Origin: a virus
Lineage: Duplodnaviria > Caudoviricetes
Virus record (IMG/VR): IMGVR_UViG_3300025853_000079
Location: 1-62,944 of that record
Length of the DNA: 62,944 bases
Direction: 5' to 3' (one strand)
Below are positions 45,834-55,441 of the stretch, piece after piece. Positions within the stretch are counted from its first letter, which is position 1. Every line of letters begins with the position of its first letter. The notes beneath the pieces were generated by a model. It was not told the DNA's origin, ran no database searches, and was given only the letters and a program-made list of their open reading frames with translations. The position numbers were made by a program, and so were the translations under genes.

Positions 45834-47639
45834 TCAGGGTTCCTCATTTCCGATCAGGTCTTCCGCCTTGCGATCTGCGAATGCAGGATCTTCCCAGGGA
45901 TTGTTGCCAATCGGCAACTTGTCCTCGTCTTTCGGGACGACAGACAGAGCATACTCGATTTCAGCAATAACCGTAAAAATGTACTTGTTGTCTGCGGTTT
46001 TCCTCGGGTCCTGGGGCGTTACCGCATAACGCAAGCGTCTGGCAATTCCGCCCAGGAACCTGTAGCTCCGTTTCGGCTTAGGCAACACGGGCTGACGCCC
46101 GACCCGCTGTGCCTCAATCCTGATGATTCGCCTCGCGGCAGGCGGTGCCAGATTGACGACAGACAGACTACTGCCACCACCTGACACTCCGACCCCAGCA
46201 GTCAGCCCGGCAATCGGCAACGCTGCCCGGTGGTCGTCTGTCTGATACTTGGAATCAACTTTCCAGACGGTATACGGATCTCGCCGGTGAGCCTCACTTA
46301 GTTTGTCCGGCAGGTTCTCCTCAATGTCTTTGACGACGTAGGCATTGACGTCCGGCTCGCTGCCTGTGTCCTCGTCCTCGTCGCCACTGGTGATCTCTGC
46401 CGCGCCGATCATGCGGTGATTCTCGTCGCATGGCGTCTGCAGATAGGCCGCAAACGCTCCGACGATCGGAATTGGACCGGACACAAAAATCGGTTCGTCG
46501 TTGTAACCACCAATCGACAGATTCGAGTTGTAGTCGTCAACAACGCCCTCCAGGTCATTCTTGTCGATCGGCTTGCCCAGGTTCGCCGCGATCATGCCGA
46601 ACGTCGTTCCGACGCGCCCCTCCGCAGCCGGGACTCGCGACACGGTTGCCGACAGGTTCACCGAGTTCTCGTTGTCGCCGTACGAGTCGACAAGCTCGAT
46701 GTGCTCGATGATCGTGGCATTCTTCTCGATGTCACCATTCATCAGGCGAGCCTCGAACACCGCTGTCGCAATTTCGATCAGCCTCGCCTTGTCGACGTCG
46801 CGCGGCCCGGCAAGATAAATGTCGATCGAGCTGCGGACGCGGCCCATGCGGTCGCTGCCGACCTCTCGGTGCGTGTATCGCCAGCTCGTCGCTGGCCGCG
46901 GTGGCGCGAACGCGACTTCGCGATCAGCGATCTGGTATTCCAGAATTCGCGCATCTTCGCTGACTCGGAACGTCATCGACTGCCGCCGAAATCCGATCGT
47001 CAGCCTCGGCACGACCCAGTTGCGCAGTGTGTGCGGGTTGAAGTTGCCAACGCATTCCAGTCGTCCGGTGAATGTTCGCGTCGTGTAGAAATTCTGGTCG
47101 ACCGTATCGATGCAGCTCCAGCGATTGCTGAGGATGCCGGTCGTGTTCCCGGTCGCGTTGCCGTCTGCGTCGCATTCGACCTTGCAGATTTCAATCTCGA
47201 ACTCAACGCGCAGGGCTGTCGAGCCTGCGATCTGCGTGATTTCGCAGCGTTTCGGCTTTGGCCCATTGTTGACGTCGTACTGCTGCGATGCCGTTCCGGT
47301 GTCACTCGAGAGCAGCGGGACGCGACCAGTGAGAGGTGACGCTCTCAGGATTTCATTGCCCCCGCCGATCTCCATGCGGAACTCGCCGCGCGGCTTCAGC
47401 AATAAGCTGCGAATTGCATGATGCTGGATCGTGCTGTCAGGCAGGACAGACGGCATGTTCGGGTAAGACGAATAGACCGCGGAAGTGTGATCCGCAATCA
47501 CGCCCTGCGCAACGATCGTGAAGCGATGATAGACCAGGTCGGTGCCGCTTTGGTCGTAGACGGCATCCTGCTGAAATCGTCGTGTGAGCACGTTCGTCAG
47601 CGTGACGCCGTTGTAGGTGAGAGTTGTCACGCCTTGCAT
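45834..47639 (-). CDS. Putative tail structural protein
   Basis: 601 aa, beta-rich, in the tail region. Confidence 0.55.
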   Translation of the reverse strand: MQGVTTLTYNGVTLTNVLTRRFQQDAVYDQSGTDLVYHRFTIVAQGVIADHTSAVYSSYPNMPSVLPDSTIQHHAIRSLLLKPRGEFRMEIGGGNEILRASPLTGRVPLLSSDTGTASQQYDVNNGPKPKRCEITQIAGSTALRVEFEIEICKVECDADGNATGNTTGILSNRWSCIDTVDQNFYTTRTFTGRLECVGNFNPHTLRNWVVPRLTIGFRRQSMTFRVSEDARILEYQIADREVAFAPPRPATSWRYTHREVGSDRMGRVRSSIDIYLAGPRDVDKARLIEIATAVFEARLMNGDIEKNATIIEHIELVDSYGDNENSVNLSATVSRVPAAEGRVGTTFGMIAANLGKPIDKNDLEGVVDDYNSNLSIGGYNDEPIFVSGPIPIVGAFAAYLQTPCDENHRMIGAAEITSGDEDEDTGSEPDVNAYVVKDIEENLPDKLSEAHRRDPYTVWKVDSKYQTDDHRAALPIAGLTAGVGVSGGGSSLSVVNLAPPAARRIIRIEAQRVGRQPVLPKPKRSYRFLGGIARRLRYAVTPQDPRKTADNKYIFTVIAEIEYALSVVPKDEDKLPIGNNPWEDPAFADRKAEDLIGNEEP

Positions 47640-47860
47640 TCGTCGCTCGCCTTTCGACCCCTGAACGCACTCAGCCCTTCAATCCCGCCCCCGTAAACCA
47701 GTCCCGTCTCGATGGACTGCAGAATCTCATCCCAGCTGAAATCATTGCAGTTCGCAGCGCCCAACAGCATCGATATCGCAACGACCTCGAGCGTTCGAAC
47801 CAGTCGCCAGACGGGATGCGAATCAGGCAAGTCCCAGATTGTGCGACCGATGGACGTCAT
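47627..47860 (-). CDS. Small hydrophobic protein (holin candidate)
   Basis: 77 aa, coupled to both neighbours. Confidence 0.5.
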   Translation of the reverse strand: MTSIGRTIWDLPDSHPVWRLVRTLEVVAISMLLGAANCNDFSWDEILQSIETGLVYGGGIEGLSAFRGRKASDECKA

Positions 47861-48240
47861 TCGGCACCGCCTTTGGTTCTGGTGGCGTGCCCCTTCTCGA
47901 CTTGTGTCTCAGCAACGCTCTGCAAGTCGCCCTCGGCGTTCGTGAACCAGACGTCGCCGACGAAACGGCCGAACGTCAGCAGATCACTCGCGCGATGTGA
48001 GCCCGGTATCTGCAGCGTGACCCGCTGACCTGCCATCAGCAGACGCCGCAGGTTGTTGGCCGAGTCGATCGCGGCCGCCTTGACCTCGGGATCCTTTGCC
48101 CGGAGCTCTGGCGCCCAGCAGTCTTCCAGGCGGATCGACATTTCCGGCAGCAGCGGCTGAACAACCAGTGTGTCGCCGTCGATAATTCGCACGACGACCG
48201 CATCTGTAACAAGGCCACGCTCGGGAGGCTTCTTTTTCAT
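47857..48240 (-). CDS. Thermonuclease (SNase)-family protein
   Basis: VVRIIDGDTL, IRL...APEL, FGRFVGDVW and GHA. Confidence 0.85.
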   Translation of the reverse strand: MKKKPPERGLVTDAVVVRIIDGDTLVVQPLLPEMSIRLEDCWAPELRAKDPEVKAAAIDSANNLRRLLMAGQRVTLQIPGSHRASDLLTFGRFVGDVWFTNAEGDLQSVAETQVEKGHATRTKGGAE

Positions 48241-48971
48241 ATCACCAGAGCCTCCGCGTACGACTGCGCCGCATGGTCCGAGAACGTGTCACCCAGCGAG
48301 TAACTGGTGAACTTCAGCCAAGCCAGATGCCAGAATGACGGCTCAACGATAGCCCCCTTCTTCTGCCGCACGTAGCAGAGCCGGGAGAGATGCTGGAACC
48401 CGCGAAAGACTGGCAAATGCGGGACGCCGTCATTGCTGTGCCAGTGATACCAGGCTCCGCTGATTGCGGGGTGAGGCCTTCGGTCCTTAAACGTCTTCGG
48501 AGTCCCGAACGTGTAGCATTGCCGCACCGTCCGCTGACAGGCCGCAATGTTGGCGATGGCCCCGCCCTGGGAATGCCCTGTGACATGAATTCGCCGGTCT
48601 CGCAAATGGTTGTCTTCAACCAGTTCAGTCAGCGGTCGAGCCAGTTTCAGATACTCGCGCAGAAATCCATTGTGAACGCGGTATTGCCCCATCTGGCCGG
48701 TTGATCGGTCCGCGTTGGCTATCCAGTCCTCAGCCGTCGGGTTGCTGCCCTCGAAGGCCATCACGACGTCCTGCTGATCCCAGAGAACGAGCATCGACTG
48801 TGAGCCGTGCGTAATCCTCTCGCAGCCGTCGGCCCGCCAGTAGGCGGCAATCTCTTTCGGCAGCATCAGACAGCTGCGGTAAGCCTGCACGCTCATCTGG
48901 GCGAATCGCCAGGCGAGTGCCTGCGACCAGTCGTCGCCATGCAGGTCAGATTGACAGCCTTCAAAGATCAC
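48237..48971 (-). CDS. Class 3 lipase
   Basis: AFEGS, VHNGF, VTGHSQGGA, YTFGTP, DGVPHLP and a C-terminal DH. Confidence 0.85.
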   Translation of the reverse strand: MIFEGCQSDLHGDDWSQALAWRFAQMSVQAYRSCLMLPKEIAAYWRADGCERITHGSQSMLVLWDQQDVVMAFEGSNPTAEDWIANADRSTGQMGQYRVHNGFLREYLKLARPLTELVEDNHLRDRRIHVTGHSQGGAIANIAACQRTVRQCYTFGTPKTFKDRRPHPAISGAWYHWHSNDGVPHLPVFRGFQHLSRLCYVRQKKGAIVEPSFWHLAWLKFTSYSLGDTFSDHAAQSYAEALVI

Positions 48972-49231
48972 GGACGCCGCTCCAGATCGCGAACACGACT
49001 TTCCAGAGACTGCAGCTGTCGCTCGATGTGAGCTGGCACATCAGGCTGGTAATTGTCCAACTTCGCGCGAATGGCGCTCACTTCAGACTGCATTGACATA
49101 GCCCAGGGGACTGCGCCGATGACCGTCGCCATGAACCCAGAACACAGAAGCCCGATTGCCCACGTCAGGATTGTCAGGCGAGTTTCCGAAACTGGCACGT
49201 TTTCACGTCTTTCTACTGCCGTTGCAGGCAT
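48968..49231 (-). CDS. Single-TM protein with coiled coil (holin-like)
   Basis: One TM segment followed by LESRVRDLE. Confidence 0.55.
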   Translation of the reverse strand: MPATAVERRENVPVSETRLTILTWAIGLLCSGFMATVIGAVPWAMSMQSEVSAIRAKLDNYQPDVPAHIERQLQSLESRVRDLERRP

Positions 49232-49265
49232 CGTTTTTCGATCCAGTCAGTAGAGATTTTTGAAT

Positions 49266-49307
49266 TGCCCCGGCAGTGAGTTTGGTCGCTTCTGCCGGGG
49301 CTTTTTT
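49266..49307 (+). terminator. Putative intrinsic terminator
   Basis: GCCCCGGCAG...CTGCCGGGGC followed by TTTTTT. Confidence 0.5.
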
Positions 49308-49382
49308 CGTGTCGAAAGACCGCCGCCGCTTCGCCGCCATCGGGGCACGAAAAAGCGGAACCCGCGACGGCGGCCTATGCGG

Positions 49383-50246
49383 TTACGGACTGACGTCCGG
49401 TATGACGGGGCCACCTCCAGCAGTCGCTTTGGATGTTGCCGTCGGATCGTTCGATTGTTCGTTTCCAGCCGCGGTGTTCGCCGATGAAAACGCGTTGTTG
49501 GCGTTGTAGTAACTCGTCAGGTTCGTCGGCCAAGGCTGGAGCTCCGGCAGGTTTGTCACCGGAATGCCCTCGCGAAGAACGCGCAGACGATCCTCGGTAA
49601 AGACGTGGCCAAGATGCGGCACCGTGTCGACCATTTCTATCGACGTGAAGAACTCGGCCGGGTTGTACTTCGCCAGTTCTTCCTCGCTCAGAATGAAGCC
49701 GGGCACCTGCGTCTCTTCCTGAGTCTTGCCGAACAGGTCTGTCGCCAGGTTGCGATAAAGCCGCTTCATGTACTTGCCGATCTCAGCAGCAAACTGCGAA
49801 CTGATCTCCATCGGCTTACGGTTCTCGCTGTGCTGCATCGCTTCCGCGAGCATCATCATCACCAGGCTGGCCCATTCCCGCATGAAACGATTTCGGACCT
49901 TGAAGTAGGGCACCGGGTAAACCCGGAACACCTCACCGGCCGGCTGAACGTGTTTCGGCTCCAGGTTCGACTCGTGCGGATCCAGAGCTCGCGCGGCAAC
50001 GAGCTGACCAAAGCGGATATAGAGCTTGTGGACGCGTCGCACCGTATTGATACTCGGCGGCGTTGACAGGTCCGCATCCTCATGGTGCATGATCGAAAAC
50101 AGATTGACTCCGATCACGCGAGTCAGCTCGACAATCGTCGGATTCAAGCTGCCGACGTCGTCAGAGAAATTCGGTACGGCATAGCCGAGCTGGCCGAACT
50201 GCTCCACGTTGTACCAGAGGATCGCGTCGGTATTCATTACTGGCAT
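49383..50246 (-). CDS. Hypothetical protein
   Basis: 287-aa ORF with typical codon usage. Confidence 0.7.
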   Translation of the reverse strand: MPVMNTDAILWYNVEQFGQLGYAVPNFSDDVGSLNPTIVELTRVIGVNLFSIMHHEDADLSTPPSINTVRRVHKLYIRFGQLVAARALDPHESNLEPKHVQPAGEVFRVYPVPYFKVRNRFMREWASLVMMMLAEAMQHSENRKPMEISSQFAAEIGKYMKRLYRNLATDLFGKTQEETQVPGFILSEEELAKYNPAEFFTSIEMVDTVPHLGHVFTEDRLRVLREGIPVTNLPELQPWPTNLTSYYNANNAFSSANTAAGNEQSNDPTATSKATAGGGPVIPDVSP

Positions 50247-50248
50247 GG

Positions 50249-51892
50249 TTAGGGTGCCCCTTGTGCTGGTGCAGTCGATGGTATAGGTCTCATGCCTGAC
50301 AGAAACTGCTGCACCAGCGACAGCTCTGCCTCGAGAACTTCCTGAGCCCCCGGATACCGTCTTCCGATCTGTCGCCGAGCTTCGTCGTGTGCTCGTGCGT
50401 AAAATCCATCGTCTGTGTTGACCCAGTTCAACGCTGGTGCCGTTGCCGGGATGTTGTTCGTGATCGTTGGCTGTTGCGGCCTGATGTCTTCCGATCGGTA
50501 GGGCTCACTCGGCACGTTTGGAGCCTGTGCTCCAGCATTGTGCCCACCGTATGGCTGCTCGCGTTTTCGTCGTCGTCGGGCCATCAGAATCTGCCAGACA
50601 GCGAGCCCAGCCGCGCCCGTGCCACCGGTCGCCCCGGTGATTGCCGCCGATGCCCACGGGTTGCTGACGACCGCATCGACGAGACTGATTGCCTTGTCGA
50701 CCTTGCTGCGGTCGGCCGACGGCTGGTCAACACCGCCGGCCGTCGCTTCGCTGGTCGTGGTGCCCGCAGTCTCTGATCCGATCGATTCGGTCGAATCGTT
50801 TTTCGGCGGAGCTGCGGGCGTCACCGTCCTTTCCGGTGCCCCTTTCAACTCTTCGGTGCCAGACGTCTGCGGCAATTCGGTTTGTGGCTGTGCGGCAATC
50901 GCCGGCCCGTCCCGCTGGTAAGGTTGCGGAGTGGTCGGCTCCCACTGCGAGGCCTGATTTCCGATCTGCGACCGTGCCCATCGATCCCAGTTCTGCCAGC
51001 CTCGGCTGTATCCGATCGCCCTCGCCCCATTTGGAGCCACGAACGCGGGAACGCCCTGCGGGCCACCAATCAGAGGAGGCGGCTCTTTGACGACGACGTA
51101 CGGCAGCGAGTGTGATCGCGACAGATAGTCGCCCCAGAACTCTTTGCACGGCCCGCACCAGGGCAGCGAGAACATGCGAATCACGGGCTTGCGGATCTGG
51201 CCACGAAAGTGAGCAGACCAGACCTGTTGTGTCTCATCGAGCGGTTCGCCGAGCACATGCTCCCAGCGTGCCGATGGTGTGCCCTTCATCAGCTCAAGGA
51301 GTTTAGTTTTACCGTGACGCTTCAGCAGAAACTCGGTCAGCGAGACTGAGAACCCATAGAACGGAGCGAGATCATCGTCTTCCGGGTACGCCTGCGTGTC
51401 GATGTCGTTCCAGAGCGTTACCGTGTCAGCTTTGCGAACAAGACTCTCGACGTATTCTGCGGAATCATTGCCGCGTTCAAACAGGCAGGCCGCCCCCTCG
51501 TCGAGCACTCGCGGAATCTTCCGGCCGATGATTGTGGCCCGCACCAGGTGGTCGACTTCGTGAGGGATCACGTCACGCAGGACCGACGTTCGTGGCCCTT
51601 TGAGCGTCAATCGGCTGATACCGGTGACCTGTTTGCCGACAGTTCTGAACGTCGCGTCGCCGCTCGTGCGGTCGCGTGTTTCGGTCCAGTAGATCGGCAC
51701 GGGCTCTGGCCAGTCGGGCAATCGTTGGCCAGTCCAGTATTCGGCCGACTTGATGCGAGCCAGCTCGGCCGCTTCGAGAAATTCCGGAGGTGTGTTTGCC
51801 GCAACTCCGACAAAATTGCCACCGCTGACCGCGCCGCAGAGAAGCGTCAACAGCCAGATCGCGGTCGCGATGATTCTCAGAATGTACTGCAT
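50249..51892 (-). CDS. Exported zinc peptidase-like (HExxH...EG) plus thioredoxin-like (WCGPC) protein
   Basis: Signal-like N-terminus, IPHEVDH, LDEGAA, PWCGPCK...GVPAF, and a late TM segment followed by RRRRKR. Confidence 0.7.
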   Translation of the reverse strand: MQYILRIIATAIWLLTLLCGAVSGGNFVGVAANTPPEFLEAAELARIKSAEYWTGQRLPDWPEPVPIYWTETRDRTSGDATFRTVGKQVTGISRLTLKGPRTSVLRDVIPHEVDHLVRATIIGRKIPRVLDEGAACLFERGNDSAEYVESLVRKADTVTLWNDIDTQAYPEDDDLAPFYGFSVSLTEFLLKRHGKTKLLELMKGTPSARWEHVLGEPLDETQQVWSAHFRGQIRKPVIRMFSLPWCGPCKEFWGDYLSRSHSLPYVVVKEPPPLIGGPQGVPAFVAPNGARAIGYSRGWQNWDRWARSQIGNQASQWEPTTPQPYQRDGPAIAAQPQTELPQTSGTEELKGAPERTVTPAAPPKNDSTESIGSETAGTTTSEATAGGVDQPSADRSKVDKAISLVDAVVSNPWASAAITGATGGTGAAGLAVWQILMARRRRKREQPYGGHNAGAQAPNVPSEPYRSEDIRPQQPTITNNIPATAPALNWVNTDDGFYARAHDEARRQIGRRYPGAQEVLEAELSLVQQFLSGMRPIPSTAPAQGAP

Positions 51893-51922
51893 GGTTTCGT
51901 GCCCTCCAGACTGGCGACCGTG

Positions 51923-51949
51923 TAGCAAATCACGCGAGCGATTGTCGAA
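51923..51949 (-). promoter_or_regulatory. Putative late promoter motif A, copy 4
   Basis: TAGCAAATCACGCGAGCGATTGTCGAA. Confidence 0.7.
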
Positions 51950-51950
51950 G

Positions 51951-53684
51951 TTAGAATCCTCGGTCTTCCCACTGCGGATTGATCGGGTCGCGTTCCTGCA
52001 CGCCATGCGCCGCCTGGTGCTGGCCGATCTCCCGCAGGGCTTTCACGAACTCACGGCCTCGGGTCTCGACTTCCTCGGGCTTGTTCAGGTTCTCCCGCAT
52101 GTCTTTGACGTCTTTTTTCAAGTCTTCCAGGTCGACACCCGGGATCGCATCAACCACCTGGACAACAGCCTCAAGAACGTCAACGCGGAACTCCTTAAAG
52201 TCCTTGTAGAACTCTGCGATCGTCTCGACACCGCCCGCCCCCTTGCTGGCGATCCAGTTCAGAGCGTTCGACATATCGGTCTTCAGCGGCAGCAATGCCT
52301 GCTCCATGTCACCGATGGAATCCGCGAGCTCGGCCGCGGAATCCTGCGTCGCGGCGCCGAGCTGTGTCTGGTGATGAATCCGTCGCACGTCGAGCTGAGC
52401 CATCGCCTGGGCGATCGTGCCGTTGTAGTCACCGAGTCGTCGGTTCGATTCGTTGACCGCCTGCGCGAACGATTTCAGGGCCGTCGTGATCGTCGGCAGC
52501 AAAGCTGCGAGCAGAGTGACGCCGGCAATCAACATGCCGACAGGGCCGCCAGCGGCTGCCATGCCCCGCAACGCACCACCAGTGCCGGTCACAGCCGCAG
52601 TGCGACCGACAGCCCCCAGACCGGTTCCAGCAGCCTGCAGGCCTCGCTGACCGGCTCCGACGAGAGCACTGCCGAGCCTCGTCCTGGCAAACTTCGTTTG
52701 CCCCAGACGCTGCGACAGCTGACGAGCTGCCCGCTTGCCACGGATGCCGAACCCTCGGAACGCATTGCGGTAACGCATCGCTCGCGATGTCCGGGCTCCC
52801 GGCTGGCCTCGCTGCTGACGCTCCTCCCGACTTACCGGAAGGAGCCTGTCGACGATTCTGCGGGACAGTGTGCGACGTTCGCCAGCTGCGCGACTGCTGC
52901 CCGCTGTGCTGCGGTTCTCGTCCCTGTCGTTGACCTCGACGGTAATCTTCGCCCCAGGCGGAACGGAAGCCGCTTCACCTGGCGACAGCGTCTCGGCCTC
53001 GTTCGTGTTGCTCTGCGATTGTCCGAACACCTGCTGTGCTGACAGGCTAAGCCGATGGACGATGCTATCCCGATTCTCAACACCGCGGATCGCCATCCCT
53101 GCTGTCGCGTCTTCAGGCATCGACGCCAGCGTTCCCAGTCGCGCGATCTTCGGCTCCGGCTCGGTGGATGGCTGGCCGATGTTCGTGACCTTCGGCTCCG
53201 GTTGCGTCGCCTGCTGCCCAATCGCTGGAGTCTTGGACTTCGGCAGCTCTGGAACCTTCAACCGCTCCGCTTCCGCCGGCACGGCCGCAAATCGCAGCTG
53301 ATTCTTCCGGAACGAAACTTCGCCGGTTTTCGCGGTCTCGTACGGGATCCCGAATTCGGGCGCGTACTGCCGAACCGCTTCCGGAGTAATCCCCAGCGTC
53401 TGGCTGGCTGTCTGCTCGTTGACTCGCGGGCCGGCGTCGATCTTCGCCTCGACCTTCGCGATCACGGTCGCGACTCGATCGAGCACGCTCGCCAGAACTG
53501 TCTTCTGCTCGCGTTCTTCCTGCGGCCGCGGATCGTAGCCCTGACGGTCTTCCCGGCTCTTGTCCTGCACGGACTGGAGCATCAGGCCGGGAACTACCTG
53601 AGCGATCGACCGCCATGCCCAGGATGCCGCCGAGCCTTTCCTTTGCTGCCGTTCTACGTCGTCAGATTCGATGTTCTCAGGCAT
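51951..53684 (-). CDS. Probable tape measure protein (short)
   Basis: Follows the chaperone pair; has an Ala/Gly-rich hydrophobic segment (AAAGGPVGMLIAG) and a helical C-terminus. Confidence 0.65.
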   Translation of the reverse strand: MPENIESDDVERQQRKGSAASWAWRSIAQVVPGLMLQSVQDKSREDRQGYDPRPQEEREQKTVLASVLDRVATVIAKVEAKIDAGPRVNEQTASQTLGITPEAVRQYAPEFGIPYETAKTGEVSFRKNQLRFAAVPAEAERLKVPELPKSKTPAIGQQATQPEPKVTNIGQPSTEPEPKIARLGTLASMPEDATAGMAIRGVENRDSIVHRLSLSAQQVFGQSQSNTNEAETLSPGEAASVPPGAKITVEVNDRDENRSTAGSSRAAGERRTLSRRIVDRLLPVSREERQQRGQPGARTSRAMRYRNAFRGFGIRGKRAARQLSQRLGQTKFARTRLGSALVGAGQRGLQAAGTGLGAVGRTAAVTGTGGALRGMAAAGGPVGMLIAGVTLLAALLPTITTALKSFAQAVNESNRRLGDYNGTIAQAMAQLDVRRIHHQTQLGAATQDSAAELADSIGDMEQALLPLKTDMSNALNWIASKGAGGVETIAEFYKDFKEFRVDVLEAVVQVVDAIPGVDLEDLKKDVKDMRENLNKPEEVETRGREFVKALREIGQHQAAHGVQERDPINPQWEDRGF

Positions 53685-53980
53685 TCGGAGCTCCGTCGGT
53701 GTGCAATCGAGCCTGTTCGTTGATTGCCTTCTGTGCCTGATGTGCTTCGTGCATCGCTTTCGCTTCGGCCGAGTCGTCTGTCATGGCCTCGAAAACGAAT
53801 AACGGCACCTCGCCACTCAGAGAGCAGGTCAGTGCCGTCAATGTTCCCAGCCCTTGCCGCGTGATCGTGCGGTCGAGATTCAGGTAGAGTCCGACTTGCT
53901 CCTCGTAGCTGAGTTGTCGTTGGACGACTCCGTTCCCGTAGGCTCCGACGACGTCTGCAAGTTGTTGGGCGTTTTTTTTT
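53677..53980 (-). CDS. Tail assembly chaperone, -1 frameshift extension (gpT-like)
   Basis: Frame is entered at the A9 run (53972-53980) and ends overlapping the tape measure start. Confidence 0.7.
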
Positions 53981-54293
53981 GAACTCCGAGCCAGCCAGTG
54001 AATGCAGCCAGCAGATCGAGGCATTCCGCCTGTGTCAGCCCGCTGGTTCCATCAAACGGTTTGACGTCGAACGCCGCACAAACGGCGTCCTGCGTCAGCT
54101 GGTAGCCCTCGATGCTGACCTCGTCAGACGCCGAATCGCATTGTTTCGGAGTCCGTGACCAGTCGAATTCCTTGTGTGATTTGAGAGCCGCCATCGCGAG
54201 CATCGGATCGATGCGTCGAATGCGAGTCCCATCCCAGTACGGAAAGACCGCCTTGCGACGGTCCGCAATCCGTTTACGCAGCCAGTTGAACAT
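53880..54293 (-). CDS. Tail assembly chaperone (gpG-like)
   Basis: Between tube and tape measure; ends VQKKT over CAAAAAAAAAC. Confidence 0.75.
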   Translation of the reverse strand: MFNWLRKRIADRRKAVFPYWDGTRIRRIDPMLAMAALKSHKEFDWSRTPKQCDSASDEVSIEGYQLTQDAVCAAFDVKPFDGTSGLTQAECLDLLAAFTGWLGVQKKTPNNLQTSSEPTGTESSNDNSATRSKSDST

Positions 54294-54317
54294 TCAGCGT
54301 GCCCCTGAACGTGACTA

Positions 54318-54821
54318 TTACGTGTCGGTGGTGTTGAAAATGACGCCCGTCGAGGAGTTCTGATGGCATTCCCAGCTCATCTGAACGCCGCGGAACTTCG
54401 TTCCTTTGTTGAACGAGATCGAGCCGCGCGGGAACGCGATCGGGTAGTTGCGAGGGTTGTTCGAACCGCTCGCGTAGTCGTCCGGGTACAGCAGCAGCCG
54501 GAACGCGTTCGACGACATAAACGTGCCAGAGTTGGGCAGCGTGCCGTAGGTTCCGCCGTAGACGCCTGGCGCCACTTTGCTGAGAATCGCATCGTCGAAC
54601 TTTGTCAGCGTGAACTGGACGATATGAAGCTCGCCAAAGTATTGGACGTCGCCAGGTGGACCCTCCGGACCACCATTCAGGTCCGTCGGCACGTTCCCGT
54701 GAAACTTGCGTTCTTCGAGACGAACGCCGTCAGCGGTGTAGCCGAGATCCTCGAGTGCGTTTGATGTGCCGGTGTCGACTTTGATCAGACACGGGCCATC
54801 AAAGAGGTATTCCATTGCCAT
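54318..54821 (-). CDS. Tail tube protein
   Basis: 167 aa with a DLGYTADGV motif; position fits. Confidence 0.7.
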   Translation of the reverse strand: MAMEYLFDGPCLIKVDTGTSNALEDLGYTADGVRLEERKFHGNVPTDLNGGPEGPPGDVQYFGELHIVQFTLTKFDDAILSKVAPGVYGGTYGTLPNSGTFMSSNAFRLLLYPDDYASGSNNPRNYPIAFPRGSISFNKGTKFRGVQMSWECHQNSSTGVIFNTTDT

Positions 54822-54847
54822 CGTGAGCGTCTCCGCTCAACCGTTGG

Positions 54848-54865
54848 ACTCGGTTCTTCCGATGC
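54848..54865 (-). promoter_or_regulatory. Late-leader motif B, copy 3
   Basis: ACTCGGTTCTTCCGATGC. Confidence 0.65.
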
Positions 54866-54877
54866 CCTCCGTCTGTA

Positions 54878-55378
54878 TCAGTTGACTCCCGGCAAATTGA
54901 CGCCCGGGTAGTAGTTCTGTGTCCGGTCACGAATCAGGCCGGGCGTTGTTCTCTGTGCCAGCGTTGGCGTTTCGAGGGATGCCTGAGACGCCGAGACGTT
55001 GTCGTCGAGGTTGAACAGGTTTTCGCCGCGTCGCAGCTTGTCGAGCTGCTCCAGTGCCCAGGCGGTGAATCGCTCGTACCGATCCGGATCGAAATCGAAT
55101 CGCCGTTGTTCCAGCTGACTGGCCGCCAGCTGGCAGACAATCCGCTTGAGCAAAGCCAGCGAATTGCCGGTCAGCGCTGCGAGCTGCGTGGCCGTGTAGC
55201 GACCGCCAACAATCAACGCGGCTTCGACCATGCCGGAAGCGTCATCGAGAGCCGTCAGTGCGTTGGTGTCGGTATTCAGGTCAGCCAGATCGACTGCCGC
55301 ACCGGAATCGCTGACGAGTTCGGACAGCGTCCGCTCGTCGAATCGTTCCCGCATGTCTGCGACAGTCGCGTAGGCCAT
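54878..55378 (-). CDS. Mu gp36/DUF1320-like head-tail connector
   Basis: MAYATVADMRERF...ALDDASGMVEAAL..RY...LKRIVCQLA. Confidence 0.85.
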   Translation of the reverse strand: MAYATVADMRERFDERTLSELVSDSGAAVDLADLNTDTNALTALDDASGMVEAALIVGGRYTATQLAALTGNSLALLKRIVCQLAASQLEQRRFDFDPDRYERFTAWALEQLDKLRRGENLFNLDDNVSASQASLETPTLAQRTTPGLIRDRTQNYYPGVNLPGVN

Positions 55379-55441
55379 TGCTCAGCTTTCAGAACAAGGG
55401 GCATCCCTGCCCCGATCAGCTCCCTCCTGGGCTTTCGTCGA

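Noticed and set aside
35191-47639. Diversity-generating retroelement or contractile tail sheath
   Set aside because: No reverse transcriptase motifs, TR/VR pair or sheath-like gene was recognised.
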